64,000 nucleotides of DNA from Mobula hypostoma. Taxonomy: Eukaryota. The position numbers and the translations under genes were made by a program. Where the stretch lies: positions 28,026,001 through 28,090,000 of the forward strand of contig NC_086109.1 in assembly GCF_963921235.1 (NCBI RefSeq), given 5' to 3'. The notes beneath the pieces are model-generated. The model had not been told where the DNA came from, did not search any database, and worked only from the letters and a program-made list of their open reading frames with translations. Shown here piece by piece: positions 50,322 through 62,515 of the stretch. Position 1 is the stretch's first letter. Each line of letters begins with the position of its first letter.

Positions 50322-50890
50322 CTCTCAATAAAATATAGACACTGGCATGCCTTCTTTGTAATTGCATCAATACGTTGCACCCAGGATAGATCTTCAGAGA
50401 TGTTGACACCAGGAACTTGAAACTGATCATCCTTTCCACTGCTGGTCCCTCGAAGAGAACTGCCACATGTTCTCCTGATTTCTCCATCTTGAAGTCCACA
50501 AACATTTCCTGGGTCTTATTGATGTTAAGTGCAAGGTTCTTGTTACAACACCACTCAACAGCTGATCTATCTGACTCCATAAGATTCTTCATCACCATCT
50601 GAGATTCTGCCAAGAACAGCTGTGTCATTGGCAAATTTATAAAGAGTTTGAACTGTGCTGGTCACTCAGTCCTGAGTGCAAAGAGATTGGAGCAGTGGGC
50701 TAAGCACACATCCTTGAGGTACGCCTGTGCTGATTGTCAGCAAGGAGTATTTTCGATCCGCACTGATTGTTCTCCTGGTGAGGAAGTCAAGCATCCAGTT
50801 GCAGAGGGAGGTACAGAGGCCCAGGTTTTGAAGCTTATTTAATAGTACTGAGAATATGATTTGTAATCAATAAATAGCAGCTTGATGTAG
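50322..50890 (-). mobile_element. Rex1/Babar RT fragment, target of the LTR element; continues at 43647-43682
   Basis: NLALNINKTQEMFVDF..FKFL; removing the LTR element and one CTCT restores the frame LYFIESLRRFSMSSK. Confidence 0.8.
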
Positions 50891-50899
50891 ATCACATTT

Positions 50900-51340
50900 C
50901 AGAGAAAATCTGCCGATGCTGGAAATCAAAATAATACAGACAAAATGCTGGAGTAGTTCATCAGGCCAGGCAGCATCTATGGAAAAGAGTAAACAGTCTA
51001 TGGAAAAGAGTAAAGGCTGAGGCCTTTCATCAGGACTGCAAAAAAGAACTGAGAAGTCAGAGTAAGAAGGCGTGGGGAGGAGACGAAGAAGTAGGTGATA
51101 GGCGAAATTGGGAGAGAGGGAGGGGTGATGAAAAGAGCTGGGAAGTCGATTGGTGAAAGAGATAAAAGGCTGGATAAGAGAGGACAGAAGGTCATGGAAG
51201 AAAGGGAAGAGGGAGGAGCACCAGGGGGAGGTGATGGACAGGTAAGAGGATAAGGTGAGAGAGGGAAATGGGAATCAGGAATGGTGAAGGGGGTGGGGCA
51301 ATTACCAGAAGTTTGAGAAATCAATGTTCATGCCATCAAG
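50900..51340 (-). mobile_element. Penelope-like 3' fragment
   Basis: Same tail and purine-rich tract; CAGTCCTGATGA is present but the GAAA half is deleted. Confidence 0.72.
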
Positions 51341-52129
51341 TATCTCCTCTGTGGAAGTTACGATCTGCACAAAAGGGATGGGTTACACCTGAAGCCGAGG
51401 GGGCCAATATCCATTTGGGCAGGTTGACTAGAGCTGTTCGGGAGGGTTTAAAGTAATTTTTGATTTTGGCCCCCTGTCACACTTGAACTCAGCCCAACAG
51501 CTTTAGCAAACCTGCCCGCAAGGATATTGGTCCCCCTTGGGTCTGAGTGTAATCCATCCTTTTTGTACATTTCATAAATTCCCCAATGATCTCAATGATC
51601 CAGAAATCTGAAGCTCTGCTCCTTGCATTGGTTCCTCAACCACACATTCATCTGTCACATCATCCTATTCTTACCCTCACTGGCATGTGACACAGGCAGC
51701 AATCCAGAGATTACTACCCTGGAGGCCTTGCTTTTCAGCTTACTGCCTAACACTCTATATTCTCACTTCAGGATCTCCTCCCTTTTCCTACCAATATCTA
51801 CCATGGCTTCCGGCTGTTCACCCTCCCCCTTTAGAATGCCATAGACTTGATCTGAGACATCCCTGAGGCACCTGGGAGACAACATAGCACCCCGGTGTCT
51901 TTTACACATCCACAGAATCTGCTTTCTGCTTCTCTCGTTATGGAATCCCCTATCACTCCTTCACTCCTCTTCTCCCCCATTCCCTTCTGAGTCACCAAGC
52001 CCGACTCTGTGCCAGAGACCTGGTTGCAGTGGCTCACCCCTGCTAGGTCGACAACACCCCCCCCCCCACCGCCCCAACCCGCCAAGCTCGTTTTGAACTT
52101 CATGTTGCATCACCAGCGAACAACTTCTC

Positions 52130-52362
52130 ACGCTGATCTCAGTCCATGGAAATTTTCTACACCTCTGTCAAGTCACTTCTCAATCTCCTACACTCCATTG
52201 AATATAGACCTAGCCTGCCCAACCTCTCCTTATAATTCAGGTCTTCGAGCTCTGGCAACGATGTTGTTAATCTTCTTTCTGCTCTTTCCATCTTAATGAC
52301 ATCTTTCCTATAACAGGATAACCCAAACAGTACACAATACTCTGGGTGCAGTCTCACCAGCA
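52130..52362 (-). mobile_element. CR1 fragment
   Basis: LVRLHPEYCVLFG..ERLGRLGLYSMECRRLRSDLTEV. Confidence 0.8.
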
Positions 52363-54131
52363 TCGTGCATGAATGCAGAACAATGCCCCTAACTCCTATA
52401 GTCTATCATAAATATGAGAAATTCTGCAGAGGCTGGGAATCCAAAGCAAGACACACAAAATTCTGCAGGAACTCAGCAGGTGAGACAGCTTCTATGGAAA
52501 TGAGTAAACAGTCAATATTTTGGGTCAAGACCTTCTGCAGGACAATAGTCAATGCCCCGATAGATGAAGAAAACCAGTGTGCTAAGCATCTCCTTCATCA
52601 CCTGTCCATCTGTGTTGCCACTTTCAGGGAACTATGTACTTGTATTTCTGGGTCGCTCTGTACCACAACACTCCCTAGGACCCTACCATTCACTGTGAAA
52701 GTCCTATTCTGGTTTGATTTCCCAAAATGTAACACATGGCACTGAACTGGGTTGAGTGCCATTGACCATTCCTCACCCCACTCACTTAGCTGATCAAGAT
52801 TCCTTTGGAATTTTTGATAATCTTCTGCACTGTGTCAGATGCCACCTATTTTTGGTGTCATCTGCAAACATACTGACCATGAAAGGTACATTATCCAATC
52901 ATTTACTGTATATGAATTACAACAAGGATGGGACAAGCACTAATTCCTATTGCACACCAGTATCATTCCTGTTTACCTCCTCTCTGCTGCGCTATTCTGT
53001 AAATTGCTACCTTCACACTAATTAACCAAAACTCTGTCATAAATGTTGCTTGCTTCAGCAACATGGACATTTAGATACTATAGTTCTCTTCATTTTATTT
53101 GGCTTTTCTTGGTTGTACTTGTTTCAAATAGCATATTCCTTTGACAACTTGTTCTGCTACACACTATCTGTAACAAAATAAAATAGTGCCCTGTCACGTT
53201 CTGTAACCTTTAAGTATAATTGTTTCAGCACAAATTTTGCAACTAACTTTATTTGTGACTTAATGGATCACAATGTTTGGCTTCTCAACCTCATACTACT
53301 TTACCACTGGCTGAATAGACATTCTTTTCAACAATACAGTAGTACAGCAATAATATTATTATAATGTTCAGGAACAATTTATAATAGGCTTACACATTTA
53401 AATTATTTCACAATTAGCTTAAGCTGCCATTTGCACATCATCTCTCTACATCTGGGATTCATTGTGGTTCAGATTCATAAATTCTGAAAGTCCAAAAGTA
53501 AATAGTGTAAGTTGCAATGTATGAAGCTTTCAGCATTTTTCTGTGTCACTGAACCAAAGTTTAAAGCCTGAGGAAATGTGAATTGGGCATCACAATAAAA
53601 GTGCAATCTTGTTATTTTATAATGTTTCTCCAAACTACAAGAAAGAACTTGATATGGAAGTGGATTTAATGAGTGAAAACTTTGATGAAACAATGAGTGA
53701 ATAAGGATGTTTCTGTAATGAGCTGGGCTGATCAGATCCAAAATACCCAAACAATTCATGTGTCCAGGAAATGTAGTAATATACATACAAGCACAAAAAA
53801 GTAACTTAAGTCTAATTCATTATCATAAAACAGAAAACACAAATAAACCGCACTAAATACTGCATAGTAAGCTACAAAGACTTCCATAAAGATTTCACGG
53901 CTCAGGATTCTTAGTCTCCACTTGATTGTTGCTGTTGTCGGGGAAACTCCGAATTCTGACCCATAAAATCACCCTGGGAACCTCAGACTAGGTGAAGTCA
54001 CAAGAACTAAGCAAAAGAAGCCTCAGTAAATAGGGGTTCAATCCACCAGCGTGGTGAGACAAGCAGAGACCGATATACATATACTCTTTGGTCTTTTGTT
54101 CTCATGCCACTGGTGACTGAGGCCAAAAATA

Positions 54132-54217
54132 ATCCAGCTGCTATTAGCAAACATTTAACAAACCTGCAGTGTAAGTATCCAGCCATTATTAGCAAACATC
54201 TAACAAACCTACAGTGT
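54132..54217. repeat. Two-copy tandem repeat, ~45-bp unit
   Basis: ATCCAGC..TATTAGCAAACAT(T/C)TAACAAACCT(G/A)CAGTGT twice. Confidence 0.8.
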
Positions 54218-54420
54218 TTAACTTGTGCAGACACCTTGTGTAAGCTCACAAAGTTAAAGTGACACTTGGAATTGTTCAGACTTTCACCTAATCATTTTGA
54301 CAAAATTTTATACACCACAACACAGTTTCTACATGAAATAGCATTAGCTGACATAAGAGATGCCTGTGTTGAAAATGCATTGGGTGGAGAGAAATCACAG
54401 AATCAGAAAAAATTCTTTCA

Positions 54421-54930
54421 ATGCTGAAGCCAATTTTATAAAACATTGATTAGGGCACATCTGATGTACTCTGTGCATTTCTGATTGCCACACAACAGGA
54501 GGATGCAATTTCACTTGGCAGAGTCCAGAGGAAATTCACCTTGAAGCTGCCTGGGATGGAAGGTTTCAGTTATGAGTACAGGCTGGAAAAGCAAGGTTCG
54601 TTTTCCTTGGAGCAAGGTAAGCTAAGGGAGGGGACCGGTGAGAGGTGTACAGAATTATGAAGGGTAGGATTTATTAGACAACAGGAAACGTCTCCCCATA
54701 GCAAAAACACCTCAAACTAGAGGGCATAACTTTAGGATATGGGGTAAACGTTCAGAGGGGATCTAATGAGGTGTTTGCTGTGGAATATATGGGCTGAAGG
54801 GATAGTGGAAGTACCTGGATGAGGTTTTGATTTGACAAGGCATTCAGATTGAGTACTGGTAAATGGGATTAGTGTGGATGGATACCCGAAGGTTAACATG
54901 GTCATGATGGGCCCTATGATTGCTCCACTT
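54421..54930 (+). mobile_element. Degraded CR1 3' fragment
   Basis: YKTLIRAHLMYSVHF and TRGHNF remnants. Confidence 0.6.
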
Positions 54931-55040
54931 ATGTTTTTGTGCTGGCCAACTGAGTCGTGGTTCTCATGTACACATCCAAGTTACTATCTTTAAAAATAGA
55001 CTAGAAGGAATTCTCTATTCTATAAAAATAATACACAGGA

Positions 55041-55580
55041 GACCCTCCATTGGTTGGGGTCAACCAATGGATATTGCGTCCTTGCTGTCGACATAACAGG
55101 CAAGCCAGTGCAGTATGATATGGAGAGCAAGCTGTTTCCCATGCAACAGGCTCCCCCTCCCCATGCAGCTGAAAATCCAAAGGATCGTCAGAAACCAATA
55201 CAGTTTAGCACCAGCTGCATCGCAGGAGTTGCCAGTCAGTGTTTAACTCAAAGTAAGACTGCCTTAGGGACTCCAGCACCAGATTTTTCCTCGGGGTTTA
55301 CTCCTGGAGACTTCCCCAAAGTGGGTATTGCCACAAGGCAGCGGAGGTTTGAGGTCAGAGTTTTCCTTCTCCTAGAAGAGTTGTCAACCACAGCTGATGT
55401 ACTGCATCAGTCCAAAGTGACTGGTTTTAAGGCGCCGGTGACCCGCAATTACACCTTCTTCTGTCAGTAGAAATAGTTTCACCAGGCTTCATAGCTAAGC
55501 CACACATGAAGGCTAGGAGCAGCAGTTGATTGTCAGAAACTATTTGAGATGTACACCATTAGCAACATTTAATAGGTAGT
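55041..55580 (-). mobile_element. SINE-like element with RTE 3' tail
   Basis: Its minus-strand 3' end GACAGCAAGGACGCAATATCCATTGGTTGACCCCAACC matches the RTE end at 62842-62878 (GATAGCTAGGATGCAACATCCATGGTTAACCTTGACC). Confidence 0.55.
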
Positions 55581-56047
55581 GGGAGTTTATATGACAACCT
55601 TAAGGAATCAAAAAATAATACAAGTAGTTTAGTAACAGAAAGGACATACTGAACTACATATTTTGGAGATCTGAAATCAAGATTTCAGATACACAACGTG
55701 TTTGACAGCATCTTTGGAGAGAGTGAGGATTAATATTTCAGATATCTGCTAATTTCTCAGAATGCACTGTCAGGTTTGTTCAGTAGTTGGGAAGGAAATG
55801 AAATACCTCGGTCATTAAAATAATACATCACATACTTATTGAATAAATGAAGGAAACACAGATTGGTTTACATTATTGATGTGTCCATAAATGCTACATG
55901 ACATTTTGAAACTCAAGCCTGTGAAAGAATTTGTCTGCTTGCATTTTGAGCCCTGTGAATTAATACATCCAAAGTAATTGGTCTCTGCCAAATCAGCATT
56001 TGTGGATTTTATACCAGTCTAAGAAGGGACAAAGAGCACAGTTGGTT

Positions 56048-56782
56048 CATAGAAACATAGAAACATAGAAAATAGGTGCAGGAGTAGGCCATTCGGCCCT
56101 TCGAGCCTGCACTGCCATTTATTATGATCATGGCTGATCATCCAACTCAGAACCCCACCCCAGCCTTCCCTCCATACCCCCTGACCCCCGTAGCCACAAG
56201 GGCCATATCTAACTCCCTCTTAAATATAGCCAATGAACTGGCCTCAACTGTTTCCTGTGGCAGAGAATTCCACAGATTCACCACTCTCTGTGTGAAGAAG
56301 TCTTTCCTAATCTCGGTCCTAAAAGGCTTCCCGTCTATCCTCAAACTGTGGCCCCTCTTTCTGGACTTCCCCAACATCGGGAACAATCTTCCTGCATCTA
56401 GCCTGTCCAATCCCTTTAGGATTTTATACGTTTCAATCAGATCCCCCCTCAGTCTTCTAAATTCCAACGAGTACAAACCCAGTTCATCCAGTCTTTCTTC
56501 ATATGAAAGTCCTGCCATCCCAGGAATCAATCTGGTGAACCTTTTTTGTACTCCCTCTATGGCAAGGATGTCTTTCCTCAGATTAGGGGACCAAAACTGC
56601 ACACAATGCTCCAGGTGTGGTCTCACCAAGGCCTTGTACAACTGCAGTAGTACCTCCCTGCTCCTGTACTCGAATCCTCTCGCTATAAATGCCAGCATAC
56701 CATTCGCCTTTTTCACCGCCTGCTGTACCTGCATGCCCACTTTCAATGACTGGTGTATAATGACACCCAGGTCTCGTTGCAC
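56048..56782 (-). mobile_element. CR1 LINE 3' end (young, 5'-truncated)
   Basis: Open 211-aa frame QRDLGV..LYKALVRPHLEHCVQFWSP..RRLRGDLIETYKI..FFTQRVVNLWNSLP; tail of TTCTATGT repeats. Confidence 0.92.
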
Positions 56783-57179
56783 CTATGTCTTGTCATTATT
56801 GGTGAGAAATGGCAGATCCCACACAATTGGACCGAAGTCGAATTATGTCGGCTCTAACAAAACAGCATAAAAACAAAGAAAAAGCAAAATAACAGGCCAG
56901 TTCTGTCAAATAGCTTCACATTATGTGGAACCATAGAATGCCAGCATAATGTGAGGAAACTGTGTACAGAATACAAAAAAAAGACCAAAAAAAAGTCTAT
57001 AGTCCAAGTCCACATCCAAAACGTAGAAAACCAGGGCAATATTCTCTGGACACAGCGGCAGGCTCTGTCCTCTCCAATAGCATAGCAGAGCGATCCTCAG
57101 TGATCAAAAGGCAGGCTAGTGCGTTGGGATCTCTGGTGCTGCAGTTGATATGCTAATGATAATTGTGTAGAGATTTCTT

Positions 57180-57610
57180 CAAACAAGCCTGATTGAACTC
57201 TTTGACTATGATCTGAAATGCATTGGGGTGGGCTGTTTCTTGTTTAGTGATGGCAGCATTCAGTAAGTCAAGTGCCTTATTAACTTTGGCTGTTGTTGTA
57301 TGTAAACTGTAGCCAGAATCATAGAGGAGATTTCACTTGATAAGTAGAACAGGTGGAACTTAATTGTTAGATTTTCCAGGTCGGGAGAACAAGAGTACAA
57401 CAAGACCGCTACTGTGTCCGAGCACCACAAACAGTTTATCATGAAACACAGACCACCACCACCCCTCACCTTTTACCTTCTCCAAATCAGCAGTCTTGTC
57501 CATCTGATGTATTGAGAAGCCTTTGGGTGTTACTGGTGTGTCCAGAGTGAGCAAGGACCCTGAAACACAATTATGTGCCTTAGCAGGTGTATCCTTGAAA
57601 ACTGCCATGC
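57180..57610 (-). mobile_element. Rex1-type APE endonuclease fragment
   Basis: GGGGLCFMINCLWC..CSPDLENLTIK..FYL..ATVYI. Confidence 0.7.
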
Positions 57611-59127
57611 TCCGTTATTTCCTATTTGTCTACCCACTTATCAGTTGAACTTCATCATACCTGTAATTTTATTAGTATTTATTTTAATTAAAAATTAATA
57701 TTGCATTCTTGTGTGCTGAGGTGAAACTTTAGTTTCACAATTAGAATATACTTATTTCTGTCTGCAGTATATTTATTGTATCAAATTATTCACTGGGTAA
57801 AAAGGTACAAATACCTCAATCTTAGTGACCACCAAACTGTAGTTCCAATTATATTTGGACAATATTTGTATTGCAATACCCAGCTTTTAAATCGGTGTGC
57901 AATACTGATCATTATGTATATTAGGTTGTGGTAAGGACATAAATTCCTGTTGGGATTTTGAAAATAATAATGCAAAGAAGACCGCTCCTTCTCACCATTA
58001 GTTCCAGAAGTATCTGCTTTCATACAGGCAAGCCATTTAAAAAAAAAGGAGACTACTCATTATCAAGTCTTAAATTAATAGCTTGTTTATCAAGGAAAAC
58101 TCATCTTTTCGAGCTGTGATCAGCGATGAGTGTAATTGGCATAGAGTGTAGTGCTGGGGGTTGCTTTCGACGGTCGGCGACAATCTTGGATCTCATTGGA
58201 CAGCTACCACCTGCCTTAAGCTGGGTAGCCCCCAATCAAAAAAGAGCTGGCCCGCCAAGTCTGCTTTTCTTATCGGGTTCATGGGGATTAGGAGCCCGCG
58301 AACAGCAGACTAAAAAAAAACAGGCACGACAACACAATGGAAGAGACCAGGTCTGTTGGAATGTTTGGACAACTGATGACAGGCCTTTCTGATAACCTCA
58401 AGGACATCAGTGATGTCAGGAAGGCAGCTGTAATAAATGAAGAACTCAAGAGGCTTCACAAGGACATAGCTCACCAAATGAGAAAGACTACACCATTGTC
58501 TGGCAAGGGATGAGCCCAGATAACATGGAGTAGGCTTTGGAGTGAGGAACATGTTGTTGAATTTGGTGGAACCAGGCAGCAATAGGCCTGAGTGACTTCT
58601 TAATCAACACCATTGAACGTCCAATTGCTCTTGTCAGTGCTCTTGTCACCCCTGAACGTCCAATTCTCCCACACTGTGCTCCAGATCTGAGGCAAAGGGT
58701 GAGCTTTATGAGAACCTTGCAGCCATCATCAGGGATATCCCCAGCAAGGAACATTTTGTTTTTCTGGATGACTTCAATGCCAGAGTGAGTGCATATCACA
58801 ACTCATGGCCCTCCTGCCTACGTCACTTTGGCATGGGCAAAATGAACGAGAGCAGAGACAGCGAATACTGGAGTTCTGCACCTATCATAATCTATGTATC
58901 ACCAACTCATACCTCCAAACCAAGTTTCAACATGAGGTTTCCTGGAGTCACCCTTGTTCCAGAAACTGCCACCAGCTAGACTTGATCCTGGTCAGGTGCT
59001 TCTTTCTCGGCAGTGTGCTTTTCACACATTCCTGCCATAGCACAGACTGCGACACAGACCACTTGCTGGTGTGTTGCAAGATTGAACTGCAGTTAAAAAT
59101 TCCATTGCATTAAACAAAAAGGGAACC

Positions 59128-60210
59128 ATTGAATTGAATTGAATTGAATTGACTTTATTACCTACATCCTTCATATACATGAGGAGTAAACATCTTTACG
59201 TTACGTCATATTACAGCACGGAAACAGGCCATCTAGGCCCTTCTAGTCCGTCTCCGTCTAAATGTGTAATGTGCAGTTTATAGTAATTTATTATAAATAT
59301 TATGCACAACCGGATAGTCAATATAACATAGAAGTACAGTTGTGTCAGCATGAATCAGGTAGTCTGATGGCCTAGTGGAAAAAGCTGTCTTGGAGCCTGT
59401 TGGTCCTGGCTTTTATGTTGCAGTACTGTTTCCCAGATGTTAGCAGCTGGAACACTTTGTGGTTGGGGTGACGCAGGCCCCCATGATCCTTCGGGCCCTT
59501 TTTACACACCTGTCTTTGTAAGTGTCCTGAACAGTGGGAAGTTCACATCTACAGGTGCGCTGGGCTGTCTGCACTACTCTGCAGAGTCCTGTGATTGAGG
59601 GAAGTACAGTTCCCATACCAGGCAGTGATGCAACCAGTCAGGATGCTCTCAATTGTGCCCCTATAGAAAGTTCTTAGGATTTAAGGGCTCATGCCAAACT
59701 TCCTCAGCTGTCTGAGGTGAAAGAGGTGCTGTTGTGCCTTTTTCACCACATAGCCAGTATGTACAGACCACGTGAGATCATCAGTGATGTTTATGCCAAG
59801 GAATTTAAAGCTGTTCACCCTCTCAACCCCAGATCCATTGATGTCAATAGTAGCTAGCCTATCTCCATTCCATATAACCATACAGCCATATAATAATTAC
59901 AGCATGGAAACAGGCCATCTCCGCCCTTCTAGTCTGTGCTGAACTCTTACTCCCACCTAGTCCCACCGACCTGCATTCAGCCCAGAGCCCTCCATTCCTT
60001 TTCTGTCCATATAGCTATTTCCTCCTGTAGTCCACAACCAGCTCTTTTGTTTTTGTGACATTGATGGAGAGGTTGTTTTCTTGACGCCACTGTGTCAGGG
60101 TGATGATTTCTACTCTGTAGGCTGCCTCATTATTATTTGAGATTAGTCCAAACAGTGTAGTGTCATCAGCAAATTTAATTAGCAGATTGGAGCTGTGATA
60201 TTGGGGCATC
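59128..60210 (-). mobile_element. Rex1/Babar LINE 3' part nested in the RTE, itself holding short LINE/SINE tails
   Basis: KFADDTT..NVTKTKELVVDYRR, FKFLGINITDDLTW..KKAQQHLFHLR; (CAATT)n tail. Confidence 0.85.
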
Positions 60211-62173
60211 AAGATATCTTATCCAGATTTAACATCTTGCTAAGTCCTTCAAGAAAGAACTGAGCGCCCGGCAGCCTGGAAACTCTGTTACAGAGAAATG
60301 GTAGTTCTGTGGGACATCATCTACTGAACATCATAGCCTTAGCTACATTTGGGAAGGAGACCTCAAAAACCAATGACCTGTTTGAAGCCAAATCCCTGTC
60401 AGTAAAGCCAATCATGCTGCCCTAGCCGAGTATAAGCGTTTGCCAACTGAGAGGAACCTACAGATCCTCAGAGGTGCAAGAAGTAAAGCTTAGCAGACAG
60501 CCAGGCACTACACCAATGCGTGCTGGATCCAGCTCAGTGAAGGCACCCAGACCACAGCACTGACTGGCAATATCAGGTGTGTGCATGATGGAATCAAAAA
60601 AGCCCTCGGCTCCTCTTAGAGCAGAGTCCCTCCTCTCAAATCCATCAACGGGGACGTAATCACAGACAGGAGCAAATAGATGGAAAGATGGATAGAACAT
60701 TACTCTGACGTCTAGTCCAGAGTAAACTCAGTTACCACCTCAGCCCTGGATGCCATTGAGCACCTGCTAACAATGGAAGAATGGGATGCAGAGCCGACCA
60801 TTGAGAAGCCTAGAAAAGCCATCAGCATCTTGGTCTCGGGGAAGGCACCAGGCAATGATGGAATTCCCCCAGACTTGATTAAGCACTGCATGACTACCCT
60901 ACTTCAGCCATTACATGAAGTCATCTGTCAATGCTGGCAGGAAGGAGCTTTACCACAGGATATGAGGAATACCAAGATCATTCCCCTCGACAAAGAAAAA
61001 GATGAGATAAGCGACTGTAACAACTACAGGGGAATCTTCCTCTTGATATTGTTGGCAAAATCTTTGCACAAGTCTTCATGGTCTGCCTACAGGAGTTGTC
61101 TGGTTGTGTCTACCCTGAGACATGGAGTGGCTTCCATGCTGGAATATCAACTCTGGGTATGATTTTCTCTCTCCACCAACTCCAAGAGAAGTGCAAAGAA
61201 CAAAAGAAGTCCCTCTACATTGCGTTTATTGATTTCACCAAGAAATTTGACTCGGTCAGCAGAGACGGGCCAGTTCAGATCCTCTATAAGTTCGGCTGCC
61301 CGACAAGACTGCAGAGCATGATCAAATCCTTCCACAACAACATGAAAGGGACTGTGCAGTACAATAGCAGCTGGGTTTGAAGCCCTTTGACACAAGCAGT
61401 GGTGTTATCCAAGGCCGTGTTCTCGCCCCAACACTCTTCGTGATCTTCCTTGCCCTTCTCCTGAGGCGCACATTTGCCACTGCAACAGAAGGGATCTACC
61501 TCCACACCAGATCAGATGGCAGGCTTTTTAACCTCACTTGCCTAAGAGCCAAAACCAAAGTCCACGAGGCTATGATCAGAGTCATTCTGTTTGTTGTGGA
61601 TGAGCAGATGCAACTCCAGAGCACTTCAAGATGGATCGCTTCTTCCGGGCTTGCAAAGAACTTTGTCTATCAGCCTGAAAGAGATAAACATTTTGGGACA
61701 AGACATGGAGGCACCACCAGTCATTACAATTGATAACTACAAACTGGACGCTGTTCATCAGTTCACATACCTGGAGGCTACCATCAGTGACAACCTCTCC
61801 TCGGATTCAGAAATCGATAAGTGCTTCAGGAAGGCTGCAACAACTCTTGCCTGCTTCAACACACGAGTCTGTGAGAACTCCAAACTCTCAGTCATAACAA
61901 AGATGGCAGTGTCGAAAGCTTGTGTCACCAGCTCATTGCTGTACATCAGCGAGACCTGGACACCATACAGTAAGCAGGAGAGAATATGCTACGCCTTCTA
62001 CTTAAGGTGCCTTTGTTGCATCTTGGGCATCTCCTGGGAGAGACAGAGTACCAACTTCTGGGGTCACCCTTGTGCTGGTCCAGTCTGAACATCCTGCTCA
62101 GGCAGTGTAGACTGTGCTGGTTGGGCCATATCTGCCACATGCAGGAAATCCCGAAAGACATCTTCTACGCTGA

Positions 62174-62515
62174 TAAAACACATAAAAATTGCTGGTGAAC
62201 GCAGCAGGCCAGGCAGCATCTATAGGAAGAGATACAGTCGACGCTTCGGGCCGACACCTTTCGTCAGGACTAACTGAAGGAAGAGCTATTAAGAGATTTG
62301 AAAGTGGGAGGGGGAAGGGGAGATCTGAAATGATAGGAGAAGACAGGATGGGGAGGGTTGGAGCTAAGAGCTGGACAGTTGATTGGCAAAAGGGATGTGA
62401 GAGGATCATGGGATGGGAGGCCTAGGGAGAAAGAAAGGGGGAGGGGGAAGCCCAGAGGATGGGCAAGGGGTATATTGAGAGGGACAGAGGGAGAAAAAGG
62501 AGATAGAAAAAAAAT
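62174..62515 (-). mobile_element. Penelope-like 3' fragment inserted in the RTE LINE, 14-bp target duplication
   Basis: Flanked by ATCTTCTACGCTGA (62160-62173 / 62516-62529); hammerhead motif 62235-62272 (TAGTC-CTGACGA..GAAG-CGTC-GACTG); close to the 32657 arm in sequence. Confidence 0.88.

Noticed and set aside
53890..54000. Possible last exon of an upstream minus-strand gene (SEVPRVILW..KNPEP*)
   Set aside because: Short, weak acceptor, and no similarity I recognise to expected neighbours such as ABCD2 or CACNA1S.
58120..58260. Possible HDV-like ribozyme at the RTE 5' end
   Set aside because: Some pairing is visible (GGGGGTTGC/GTAGCCCCC) but I could not build the nested double pseudoknot.
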